DNA of 64,000 bases from Octopus bimaculoides. Lineage: Eukaryota. Both the position numbers and the translations under genes were made by a program. The notes under the pieces are model-generated. The model was given only the letters and a program-made list of their open reading frames with translations. It did not search any database and had not been told where the DNA came from. The DNA is taken from assembly GCF_001194135.2 (NCBI RefSeq), contig NC_068990.1, positions 70,033,820-70,097,819 of the forward strand. Reading direction: 5' to 3'. This document shows positions 41,322 to 53,319 of the stretch, in pieces; the stretch's first letter is position 1, and the number at the start of each line of letters is the position of its first letter.

Positions 41322-41662
41322 TAGATATGAAAGGAAGACATGGTCCACCAGTCTGTTGAATCCGGTCAAACCATCCTACCCATGTCAACATGGAAAGCAG
41401 ATATAAAATAATTCTTTGTACTAAAGGTACAAGGCCTGAAATTTTGATGGGGGTGGGGGACTAGTCAATTACTTCAACCCCAGTGTTTCACTGGTACTTC
41501 ATTTATCGACCCTGAAAGAATGAAAGACAAAGTCAACCTCAGCAGAATTTGAACTCAGAACATAAGGATGAACAAAATGCCACTCAGCATTTTCCTCGGT
41601 GTGCTAATGATTCCACCAGCTCACCACCTTAAACAGACATAAAATAATTACAACAATAATTA

Positions 41663-41900
41663 ATTATTTACATTTGATGGATATTTGTCCTCATCTTGTT
41701 TGTTGTTAACACAACATTTCAGCTGATATACCCTCCAGCCTTCTTCAGGTGTCCTGGGGAAATTTCAAACCTGGGTTCTCATTTCTAAGGCATTTTTCAG
41801 TTTTATTATTATTATCATTATTATTATTATTCAGGTCACTGCCTGGAATCTAACTCGGAATCTCGGGGTTAGTAGCCTGCACTCTTAACCACTATACCAT
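41663..41900 (-). mobile_element. tRNA-headed SINE-like element with (AAT)n spacer and hammerhead-containing tail
   Basis: A-box-like TAGTGGTTAAG, CT-ACT-AA anticodon-like loop, B-box-like GAGTTAGATTCC (41845-41856), (AAT)n, then the 41708-41753 hammerhead and an A/T-rich end. Confidence 0.7.
41708..41753 (-). ncRNA. Minimal type I hammerhead ribozyme motif with intact core
   Basis: GACAC-CUGAAGA-A-GGCUGG(AGGGUAUA)UCAGCU-GAAA-UGUU-GUGUU; stem I GACAC/GUGUU, 6-bp stem II, GUU triplet. Confidence 0.7.
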
Positions 41901-43154
41901 ATGATTACTCTTTCTGATTTAATTATTAAACTTATTTATAACTTAATTCAAGACAATATAGAGCATTGGAAGTCTATCGATTCTTGTGATTCACTTTACT
42001 TAATTCTATATGCTTTCAAATATCAACATAGCATGTAGCAACTATTTCTGGGAAGGTCATTTGTGAAGAGACTAATCATTTTCTCATATATTTTTGTCAA
42101 AATATTAGATATTGAGGCAGAGGTTATGAATGTGACTAGTAAAATAACTTTATATTCCTATGCCAATGTTGTAAAGAACCATGTACTTTAACTACTTGTA
42201 ATGTCGGTGTGACTGTAGTGGAAGATTAATTTGAATAGAAAATAAAACAGTTTAACTTTGCTAAAAAGAAATATTATAGCAGTTAATGAAAGCAATAATG
42301 AGATGACAACGAAATCCTTTACACTCCTCTACTGCACTGAAAATAATGAAAAGACATACAAGGTGCGATTGTAGGTGTGCAGTCTAAAAAAGGAAAATGA
42401 GTGATAGGCACAGTTGGACTGTCTTTGATATTGTGTTTTATTGTTACTTGGGGACTGGGCTGATCTAGAGTTAAATACCAAAAGCAAGAGGAGTGGCTTT
42501 GATGAATTGATTTTAGTAGATTCAGTTATTCCAGCAAACACAACCAAACACACATGCCCCAGATATCATTTCATCTGATAAGAGTGACCTGGTATACAAT
42601 ACAAATACATATAGATACATATATATATGTGTATCAGACTTAGTGAGGTATGGGGGAGTATAATGTGGGAGAGGGGGTCCCAAGAAATTTGAGATGGATT
42701 GAGGCGGGTTGTAGATTATGCAACTCTAAGCATTATTTTAACTTTGAATAGGAAAAAAAAAACAAATGAACATAAACAAAAAATCTGCTACAGTAACTCT
42801 TATTTGATAGTCTAATAACAACTGTGACTGTTTGTCAAACATTGTGAGGGGTGGGGGTTATAGTTTTGAAGAAGCTCAGATGAGAGTGAGAGAAGGAAAG
42901 AGAGGATGAAAGTATGATATATAGATAAGAGGGAGAAGGATGAAAGGGAATATCTTTTGTTTTTCACTTGTTTCAGTCATTGGACTGTGGCCATGCTGAG
43001 GCATCAACGTGGTTGAAAAGTTTTTGTCAAACAAATCAACTTTTTTTTTTTTTTGAAGTCTGGTACTTATTCCACCAGTCTCATTTGCCAAACTGCTACA
43101 TTATAGGAGCATAAACAAAGTAACACTAGTTGTCAAGCAGTAAGATGGAGGGGA

Positions 43155-43384
43155 AGGCGGCGAGCTGGCAGAAACGTTAGCACACCGGGCGGAATGCTTA
43201 GCAGGATTTCGTCTGTCTTTACGTTCTGAGTTCAAATTCCGCCGAGGTTTACTTTGCCTTTCATCCTTTCGGGGTCGATGAAGTAAGTACCAGTGAAACA
43301 CTGGGGTCAAGGTAATCGACTTAATCCGTTTGTCTGTCTTTGTTTGTCCCCTCTGTGTTTAGCCCCTTGTGGGCAATAAAGAAA
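43155..43384 (+). mobile_element. tRNA-headed SINE family B, young copy with a 14-bp TSD
   Basis: TAAGATGGAGGGGA at 43141-43154 and 43385-43398; central GCCTTTCATCCTTTCGGGGTCGAT motif; other copies at about 7128-7330, 7855-8030, 20335-20810, 21025-21220, 41415-41620(-), 48215-48425, 49060-49265. Confidence 0.85.
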
Positions 43385-44609
43385 TAAGATGGAGGGGACA
43401 AACACACACACATGATGTGCTTTCACATAGTTTCTATCAACCTATTTCATTCACAAGGCATGGTCAGCCCAAGGCTATAGAAGTCGCCAGCCTTTGCCCA
43501 AGGTTCCAAGCAATGGGATTGAACCTGAAACCACATGGTTGCAAAGTGAGTCTCTTAATTACACAGCTAAGCCTGTGCCTTTGGAAATAAAATTAAATTA
43601 AAAATTGATTTTTCAATAAAATATTTACATTTACAGGTAAAAGAAGGTGACAATGTACCTTGCACTAAATTAGTGACTTAAATGTCTAAGTTAATTACTT
43701 TTATCTTTTCATTTGTTTCTGTCGTTGGACTGCCTGCCCAACAAGATGTTGTGCAGTGGGAATGAACTTGTGACCACATGGTTGGGAAGTAAACTTCTTA
43801 ACCACACAGCCATGCCTGCAAGTGTGTGTGCATGTGTATTTGTAGTGTAATATATGGATTCATAGTATCATGTGGCTATCATGGAAAGCTCTTCTTGCAG
43901 ACCCAGCTAGCAGACCATTTAGTAATCCAATGAGGAAGAAAGAGTATAATGCAGAGTGCCCAGGCAGCTGAAATCCAGGAGCTCCAGTCTTTTAAAAAAT
44001 TCCATTAGGAGTATATAAAACATAAAAAGTGAGAGAAAGTGTGACTTTTTATGGTTTATATATACATGCAGACAAAAACATTCGCATAAATAGCAACAAA
44101 ATAAACCAGAAACATTATAAAAAAACTATACACACACAAATATACACAAGCCATTACCAGCTGACACGGAGAAAATACAATGAAGGAAGGTTCTAGATTT
44201 TGTAATCTTAAAACTTAATATTCGATTTCTTTCTTTTATTGCTTATCTGTGTGTTATCTGCCTTATCTATTTCATCTGATGTATTTAACTTTTATGCTCT
44301 GTCAAGCCAAGATTACATTTCAATCTATTTACTAACACACAGCTAATACAAATGACAAAGAAACTCCATTCTGCTCTAGAAATATATTATTTTATCTCCC
44401 ATTCTATTAGATTATCTTGAAAATATTATCTAGCAGGGTTTTTCTTCATTTTCTTTTTGAAGTTTTTTTTTTTTTTTTTTTGTATTTTGTTGTGAAGTAT
44501 ACTGGAATGAAAACAGACTGGCAGAATGCACACAAGATACTTTTATATATATATTATTCATACATAGACACACACACTCACATAGACACACACACTCACN
44601 NNNNNNNNN

Positions 44610-44649
<40 letters not shown>

Positions 44650-45181
44650 TGTGTGGTTAAGAGGCTCACTAAGCAATCACATAGCTTCGGGTTCAGTCCT
44701 ACTGCACAGCAAGTGTCTTTTACTGTAGCCTTGGGCCAACCAATACCTTATGAGTGAATTTGGTTTACAGAAATTGTATGGAAGCCTGTTGTGTGTGTAC
44801 ATGTTTAAATTTATCCCCTGCTACTTGACAACCAGTGTTGGTTTATTTATACCTCCATAACATAGCAGTTAAGCAAAGAGTCTAATAGAATAAGTACCAG
44901 ACTTAAAAAGTAAGTACTAGAGTGAAACTATTTGACTAAACCCTTCAAAGTAGTACCAAATTCTTCATCCAGAACTGGCCCATGGCATCAAGAACAGCTA
45001 TAAGAGAAAACCAAAACAAACTGATGTGGAGGTAATATTGCACTTAAACACAATTAGGCTGTACATCTATCACTCCATCCATCCGTCCATCTGTCTAGAT
45101 ATATTCCGACAAAAACATACATATATATTTATATGGAGCTTAGTCAAGCCTAATTGTGTTTATCAGCATTCCCACCTCATA

Positions 45182-45234
<53 letters not shown>

Positions 45235-45362
45235 ATATAAATATATTGTATATAAATGTTGCAATATGTTGAATGAATTAGAGACATGCTCAGTGCATGT
45301 TGTAAAGTTGCAGAGAAAAATCAACCAACTTAGTATACATTCTCTCACTGATTCACTGTGAT

Positions 45363-45444
45363 TACAGAGTGTGGCTTAAAAACCTTCCACATTTCACATT
45401 GATTGCTTCATAAAATATGGGAGGTTTTTCTGCCTCACTGTGTA
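45363..45444. mobile_element. Tiny TA-flanked MITE
   Basis: TACAGAGTGTGGCTTAAAAACC vs GGTTTTTCTGCCTCACTGTGTA imperfect TIRs; half copy at about 10750-10777. Confidence 0.5.
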
Positions 45445-46259
45445 GTATGCTTCTTATTGTTGTTGCAATCTTGTATTATAAAAAAGAAGCTAATCTCCAT
45501 CTATCTGTCTGTCACATGCTATATGTGAAGGAAGGGAAGAAGGAGAAGAGAAAAAAGTTGATAAAATAGGAATACAGTGAGATAGAAAGACTGTGTGTGA
45601 AAGATAGACAGGTAATGTTGTCACCATTGATTGTAACTAACATGTTTTGGTTAAAAACACAAGAATTTTATGTGCAAGTCTGTCAACATAACGCAACACA
45701 GGCTTCAAAAATGATAAAAGACTTTCACTATATAATAATATAGATAGTTATTTTTTGGTTGTTTGTTTGTGTGTGTATGTGTGTTTCTGTATGTCTTTCA
45801 ATATAGAAACAATGCAACACAGATTTTAAAAAAAAGGCTTTCACTATAATAACAGGTTGTTATTGTTGACAGAAAAACACAGTGAGAGAGAAAGAGAGAG
45901 AGAGAGTGTTTGTGTGTGTGCATGTGTGATAGACAGACATACATGCAGACAGGCAGGTAGGTTGTTGTCACCATTGTAACTAATAAGACTTTCACTATAT
46001 AACAGCCTACTATTAAAGGAAGGTACATGCTTGATTAACAAATATTTTTACCAGCAGCATAGCACCAGACAAAGACCTAGTTATTTTAATTTTCGTTGTT
46101 ATTTGAGTTGTTGTTGTTGTTTACTTTCTTACTGTTGTTAGCAGTGTTATTATTGTTACTGTAGTGTTTTTTCTCATTATCTTGTTTTATTTTTTCAGTA
46201 AATAACTTAAAGAGAAAATTTCATTAAAAAAAAATAAACCCTGTAATTTTCTTCTTCAG

Positions 46260-46459
46260 AAAACAAGACATGTGATCCTCAATGCAAGAATGGATGTTGG
46301 GGTGCTGGTCCTGAACGATGCTTAGAATGTGCCAATTACCATATTCATAAAGCAGCTCCTTGTATTGCTTCTTGTTCCAGTGTGCCATTACATTATGATG
46401 CTGGCAATAAAATATGCAAGAAATGTCATCCACAATGTGCCAACAATTGCACTGGACCT
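46260..46459 (+). CDS. EGFR: EGFR exon J, CR2 (E)NKTCDPQCKNGCWGAGPERCLEC...CHPQCANNCTGP
   Basis: CTTCTTCAG acceptor, GTAAGT donor, 200 nt, phase 1-0. Confidence 0.94.
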
Positions 46460-46527
46460 GTAAGTATATTTATACTTGTTGATATGGTGTTCATGTGTGG
46501 GGGGGGGGGCATGCATATATGTGTGGG

Positions 46528-46578
<51 letters not shown>

Positions 46579-46828
46579 CAAATCAAAAATAAAAGCAAAA
46601 GTCAAAAGGGCCTTCAAGGTCAAGACATATGGGTTCCCCCTTCTCCCTTTTCTCCAACAGTGGCTATTTCATGTCACAGTTGTTGTTCTAGCTATCCTCA
46701 GTTCTACAACTGGTGATGCTGTTGAAGCAGTAATTACTGCAAAGGCCGTGAACTTCCTTTAACTTTCACCTCAGAAAACTGCTGGTGGATGTCTGTTGCT
46801 ACCACCCTTTCCGCCAACTTCTTTTCTG

Positions 46829-46885
46829 TCAGTAGGCTTTCATGTGGCCTTTATTGCAACATATGTAGCACCAGGGTCTTCTGCC
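46829..46885 (-). mobile_element. CCHC zinc-knuckle remnant (retroelement ORF1/gag-like)
   Basis: GRRPW-CYIC-CNKG-H-MKAY-TGA: CX2CX4HX4C spacing with the last Cys read as a stop. Confidence 0.45.
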
Positions 46886-48000
46886 TTGCAACATGAATCA
46901 GACTGACCTCTTGTCCCTCTTCTCCCACAATGGAGTATAACTGTAAGATAACCTTGTGGTCTTGAGGCCATCAGTTCCTATAAATCCATTCAGGCACCTT
47001 CTGATCACATGATGTGCACCACCTCTGCACTCATCCCCTGCAAAGTTCACAATGAGCTGAGGATTTCACTTCAACACTAACATCTTTGAGAGTGACGTTT
47101 CTGTTTTTCTTACCTGAGTACTGTGGTATCAACAAGTAAGTAGTTGTGTAATCTACTGACTCTGCCTCTCCTTTCACTTCATAACTGGCTCATGCTTTCA
47201 TATCTATAGTTAGAGGAGAATACCTCCTGCCATACACCAGTTACAGCTCTCAGTAACTGCTCTTAGGTGGGGGGAGTATATACAAACATTTTTGTTTGCA
47301 AAATAGATTCTACACATCACTTTATTCTTTGCCCTTTCTTAGATAAAATCTATGAATATAATTTTACTTTCCATTAGCTGCTTCATGAGAACTTTTCTAC
47401 TCATATCACCATAAACAGGAGTGGAACACAACTAGAGCCCTCACACTTGCTCCAAATACTGGGTTTTTTTTTGTTTTTTTTTATTTTTTTATATTCAGTT
47501 TCACACTTTTGCCTTTAATTGACTAATGTTCACCTCCATCCTTTGATCTTTGATATTGGCAACAGATGCTGGTGGTTGTGATTCTGTAGAAACCAGCCAA
47601 AGCCAACATATTTATTTATTAATTTTGTTTGCCTGAAACTTTCAGATGCATGAGGCCAGAGTGTATTTGAACTCTCAAGCCTGGAAGCTGATGATGGTTT
47701 TCACCAGCGAATACAACATAAGTCCATCATAGGATTAAACCCCAGATGCCACTAGTACTCACCTTTACCTTGGTATATTGAAACAATGTGAAACAAAATG
47801 CCTTGCTCAAGGACACAATGCATCACTTAGTCCAAGAATTAAACTTCTGACTCATTGATCATGTGTGTAACCACCTAACACACTAGGCCACATACTTTCA
47901 AATATCATTGTTATTAATGCTATTTTTCATTATAATCTACTTACTTCAACACATTAATATTACTATCTAATGCTTTAGTCTTTGTTTTTTTTTATTTCAG

Positions 48001-48128
48001 GGAGAACATGAATGTGACAGCTGTTTAAAAGTACAACATGGTCCTAACTGTATGAGTCACTGTCCACCAAACATGTTTCCAAACCAAAAAAAGATTTGTC
48101 AAGTATGTCATATCAACTGTGATGACGG
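48001..48128 (+). CDS. EGFR: EGFR exon K, CR2 GEHECDSC...CQVCHINCDDG
   Basis: TTTCAG acceptor, GTATGT donor, 128 nt, phase 0-2. Confidence 0.93.
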
Positions 48129-48631
48129 GTATGTCTGCTTCCTCATTAAAAAAAAAAAAAAATCATTCCGGAATGTTCATAAATAATTATTTGTTAATCA
48201 TACATGCACTTAAGGTGGCAAGCTGGCAGAATCATTAGAATACCGGGCGAAGTACTTTGCAGCATTTCATCTGTCTTTATGTTCTGAGTTCAAATTCTGC
48301 CAAAGTTGATTTTGCCTTTTATCTTTTCAGGGTCAATAAAATAAATATCAGTTGAGCACTGAGGTGAATGTAATCAGCGTACCCACTTCCCTGAAACATT
48401 TGACCTTGTTCCAAAATTTGAAACCAGTTATACACACAGTTACACCTACTCATATAAAATATATATACATTGTGTAGGAACAGGCCTGGTTGTGTGGTTA
48501 ATATGTTTGCCTCCCAACCAAGTGTTTTTTGTATTCAGCCCTGTTGTGTGCCACTTGGGCATGTCTTCTAATATAACCCTAAGCCAACTGAAGCCTTCTG
48601 AGTTGATGTGGTAGACGAAAACTGCAAGAAG

Positions 48632-48697
<66 letters not shown>

Positions 48698-49333
48698 GTG
48701 CGTGCGTGTGTGTGTATGCAACCTCCTCATCTTGACATTGCATGACAGTTGTAAACCAGTGTCACCATCATACAAGCAATGTTATTTATTCTTAAACTGC
48801 CATGAAACCAAGTTTGACCATGGGGAAATATTACCTTGCTTGGAAACAACTGAGGGTTGGCAACAGGAAGGGTATCCAGCCATAGAATATCTGCCTTGAT
48901 GAATTCTGTCTGTGGCATGCAAGCATGGGAAAGCTAAGTGGTGTTGAGTGATGATGACAATATGACAAAAATGATAAGCTGTCAGCAGAATCAGTGATAT
49001 ATCATGCAACACTCACACTGAAAAAATGTCTAATTTATTTAGTAATACTTCTCAGATGTCAAGTCAGCAGAATTGTTAGCACACAAGGCAAAATGCTTAG
49101 CAGCATTTCATCTGTCTGTACATTCTAAGTTCAAATTCCTCCAGGTTAGATTTGCCTTTCATCCTTTTAAGGTCAATAAAATAAGTACCAGTTGAGCACT
49201 GAGGTTTATATAATCAACTTAGCCCCTCCTCTGAAATTGTTGGCCTTGTGCCAGAATTTGAAACCAATATTTAGTAATACTTCTTGTAATTTTCAAATGT
49301 TTAAATATAATTATTTTCTCTCTTCTTTTCAAG

Positions 49334-49502
49334 ATGTTCTGGCCCAAGTTCTGAACTAAAAATTGGTGGTTGTAATAGCTGTAAAATTGGACTCCAGCAG
49401 AGTGATGGCAGAGTTTTATGTTTTTCAAAGGAAAGTTCTGAATGTCCTGATGGTTTCCATCCAACTTACAAGAATAAAATGAAACAAATGAATGGCAAAA
49501 TT
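49334..49502 (+). CDS. EGFR: EGFR exon L, extended Cys-rich region CSGPSSELKIGGCNSC...ECPDGFHP
   Basis: TTTTCAAG acceptor, GTAAGC donor, 169 nt, phase 2-0; exactly bridges the phases of exons K and M; not in the ORF track. Confidence 0.9.
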
Positions 49503-49980
49503 GTAAGCCATATTTTTAATGCTTCAAGACTAACCTACCTCTGTTAGAATTTTCAGATTATTCATTGAAACTAAAATTTTATTCTTACATCAAAGACACT
49601 AGATTTCATTAAGTAAATATTTGTCTTCTAGTTGTTTCCCTAAATTCTTGTAATTCTTGATTATTTTAAAGTTTAACAGAATATTCTTGTTAGGAATATG
49701 GTCACAAAATGGTTAAACTTACATTCTATGTTAGAAGTAATTTCACTTTTAATTATATGTTTCATGTGAACTTTTCAACTCATATCAAGAAAACACCAGT
49801 GCACCCCATCCCCAAAACAAGAGTGGCACTTAACTAGAGACTTCACAACTGCTCCAAATGCTGGGCTTTGTTATTTCTTAGGATCTCTCATGGTGAAAAC
49901 ACATCCTTAACATAGCTAAAACCACATCCCAAACATTACCCATTCTCATCAGGACCAGATATTTCAGTCCCCAATAATCA

Positions 49981-50079
49981 TTGATACTCTATAAGAATCA
50001 ACTAAGGTACACAATGGAGTACTGGTCCCATACAAGGGACATGGTCCTGCCTCTGGCAAATAGACATATGCCCCCTCCC

Positions 50080-50134
<55 letters not shown>

Positions 50135-50234
50135 NNNNNNNNNNNNNNNNNNNNNNNNNNNNNNNNNNNNNNNNNNNNNNNNNNNNNNNNNNNNNNNNNN
50201 NNNNNNNNNNNNNNNNNNNNNNNNNNNNNNNNNN

Positions 50235-50295
<61 letters not shown>

Positions 50296-50530
50296 TAAAA
50301 TATTTGTGCTGCTCAGAACTGGCTGCTTTTTGTATTTCCATCACTCAAGCACTTTTCATCCACACCCATCTCCCTTGGTGCATTCAACTCCCCCACCTTA
50401 TTACCTGCACTAATCCCTATTCTCAGTCCTTCTCCCCCAGACCATCGTCCCTCTGGAATCTCCTTCCAGCTCGTCTCTCTACAAGTATTCACCTGCAATA
50501 GTTTAAACAGAGTATTAACAACATCAATCT
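49981..50530 (+). mobile_element. CR1/L2-group LINE 3' remnant split by (CT)n
   Basis: LYKNQLRYTMEYWSH and SFSPRPSSLWNLLP...FKQSIN resemble C-terminal LINE motifs. Confidence 0.55.
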
Positions 50531-50770
50531 CACTGGTTTTAGAAGGTGTGCAAGGGTCATCAGCTCTGCCCCTTCCTCCACACTCTGCGAACAAAAATAA
50601 AAAGATGGATGGTCATAGCTGTGGGATTAAGAAATTCACTCCTAACCACATGCTGTTAAATTCAGTCCCATTGGGCAAGAATCTTCTATCGACTCAGACT
50701 GTCTAAAGCTTTGTTGAGTGAATTCAGTAGAATGAGAGAGAGTGTGTGTGTGTGTGTGTGTGTGTGCATC

Positions 50771-51354
50771 TAGATTAAAATAGAAAATAAATAAGCAAAA
50801 CATTTAGCATCACTCCTGAACATTTAATTTAAATATAGAATATAAGCATAGTGGAGAGTAGTTACGATAAATAGGTAAAATCTCTTACAGCTGTTTCTAG
50901 AATAGCCGAGCATATAGATCATGTTATTGAGTAAAGAAGTGAGAGAGAGAGAGAGAGAGAGAGAAGTAAGAAAATATAGAAATGAAGAATACCTTAATCA
51001 AGGATATTAGTAGTTACCAGTTTGCTGAGAAATGAAGGAAAGACCAGAATGAAAGGTATATGTGTTTGGTAGTTCCATGATCAAAGAACTAATAAAGTCG
51101 TAGGTTCCATTCAAAAATGGAACCAGTAACATTTATTATCTTTTGCCATGGATTATCCTCGAATCTTAACCCATGGAACTACTACGGAACTTCATCTTTT
51201 ACCCATGACTTTATTAAGCCATTCTAGAAACAGCTGTAAGAGACTTTATCTATTTCTCATAACTACTCTGCCCTATGTTTATATTCTCTGTTTAAATTAA
51301 ATGCTTTTAGAATGATGCCAAAGGTCTTGCTTATTCATTTTCTATTTTAATCTA
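50771..51354. mobile_element. Foldback/MITE with long (about 140 bp) imperfect inverted arms
   Basis: TAGATTAAAATAGAAAAT...CTCTTACAGCTGTTTCTAGAAT is mirrored at about 51215-51354; (GA)n in the interior. Confidence 0.7.
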
Positions 51355-52422
51355 TATCCACCCACTCAAGGAGAAACCACTTTTAGTCGCCTTTGATAGG
51401 CGATTTCAGCACATTTTTCAGTTGCAGTTCAAGCCAGAGTATTTAGTGGTAAACTGAACTGAGCACTCATAGTACATACCTATTACATCATGTCAGCTGA
51501 TGAAAACTCCTTGTGTATTCTCTCTGTACGTATGTGTGTGTGCATATGTGTGTGTATGTGCGAGTGTGTGTGTGTGTGTGTGTGTGTGTACATATGTATA
51601 TAATTCAGGTAATATTATGTTTGAGGATGCAAGGTAATAGGTACATGCAATTAGTGCTCAAGTTGACTTGCTGCCTAAACTCCAACTTCTTGAAGTGCAA
51701 CTGAAAAAGCAGGACTGTTATTGCTGCCTAATAACAATTAACTATAGGCAGTGTTTCAATCAAGCAGGTACATGTAGAATAGAATAAAATTATAAACAGG
51801 CAAACAGCTGGTTTCAGATCAGATTATGACATTTATATATTTAAACGTCAAGTAGAATTGTTATCACAAGAGGTCGATAAAGGATCAATTGAAAAAAGTT
51901 CATAATGATTATATATGCTAGTATTCTCTTAGAACAGTTATATGGTAGGTTTGAATTATTGGTCTTAGGTAAAGCTGGTCTTTAAAGTAATAACCAAAGC
52001 TAGATGAGAAGAAAGAGGAATTAAGGAAGATGGTGTGAAGATACTCTTATAGATGTTTCAAGAATAGATGCACAGTTGCTGCATTTCCCTGCAAGCAATC
52101 AGCAGCCAACATTATAGCTGCGGTCTATATCATCCTAATGATGGAATAGGAGATTCCTTGCTTTCAAAACAAAGATAATGGTTAGCAACACAAAGAGAAT
52201 CTAGCTGTAAAATTCTGCCTAAATAATACATAGTCATCTAACCTATGCTAGCATGGAAAAACAAATTTAAAATGAACAGGCGAAAGAATAATCTTGATAT
52301 AATTGATTCTTTTGAAACTTCTATAATACAATTTCTGCTTTTTGAATTCTCTTAACCTTTTAATGAAGATGCAACGTTCTTTCATTCTTGCAAAACTTTA
52401 AAAAATTTCTTTTTGTTTGCAG

Positions 52423-52674
52423 TTATGTGTTCCTTGTCATAAAGAATGTGAAACGTGTTTTGGTGAAGGGAATTATTCCTGCAGAAAATGTCGCAACTTT
52501 AAGATGAAGCCATACTGCACAAGCAAATGTTCGAACAACTATTTTAGTGATAGAGAACAGATGAAATGTATTGAATGCCATAACGAGTGTTTGAATGGCT
52601 GTCATGGTCCTACATCATCTGACTGTGTTGCCTGTCGCAATTTAAAGATTTATTTAAACAACAACCAAACTATG
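52423..52674 (+). CDS. EGFR: EGFR exon M, additional furin-like repeats LCVPCHKECETC...CHNECLNGCHGPTSSDCVACRN
   Basis: TTTGCAG acceptor, GTAAGT donor, 252 nt, phase 0-0. Confidence 0.94.
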
Positions 52675-52785
52675 GTAAGTTTTACATAATAATTACTTCA
52701 ATTAAGATATAGCTGAAAATTGTAACAATCACTTTTCCCTTTTTCACATGATAACCAAATAATAGATTTTATATATGTTGTCATA

Positions 52786-52833
52786 TCCATAATACAGTGG
52801 TAAGCATCCCCACCTGTCATGTGGGAGACCAGG
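52786..52833 (+). pseudogene. tRNA-Asp(GTC) 5' fragment lacking T arm
   Basis: AGTGGTAAGCAT D-arm, anticodon arm CCCAC-CTGTCAT-GTGGG, then AGACCAGG; matches eukaryotic tRNA-Asp with CpG decay. Confidence 0.75.
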
Positions 52834-52953
52834 ATGTGGTAAGAAGTTTGCTTCCCAAACACATGGTTCTAGGTTCAGTTACACTTGGGCAGGTTCCTGA
52901 CCAAAGCCTTGTGAGTGGATTTGGTAGACAGAAACTGGAAAAAGCCCATTAAA

Positions 52954-52999
<46 letters not shown>

Positions 53000-53288
53000 C
53001 ACACACACCCAGAACCATGATAATAATATGCATATATAATATACATATTATTTACATCTCTGTAACTTAGCAGTTCAGCAAAAGAGACCAAGAGAATAAG
53101 TACTAGGCTTACAAAGAATAAGTCCTGAGGTCGATTTCTTCAACTAAAAACACTTTAAGGTGGTATTCTGGCATGGCCGCAGGCAAATGACTGAAACAAG
53201 TAAAAGAAAAAATACATGTATCTGACCATTGGAATTTGCAGATGTGCTTCACAAGGGCACAGCTTGGACTATAATCCTTTCTATATAC

Positions 53289-53319
<31 letters not shown>

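Noticed and set aside
44184-44225. Possible heavily decayed hammerhead/PLE tail
   Set aside because: Both core motifs would need several substitutions; not supportable.
47688-47712. CUGAUGA-UGGU(UUUC)ACCA-GC-GAAU
   Set aside because: GAAU core, 2-nt insertion and no stem I; lies in an ordinary SINE body.
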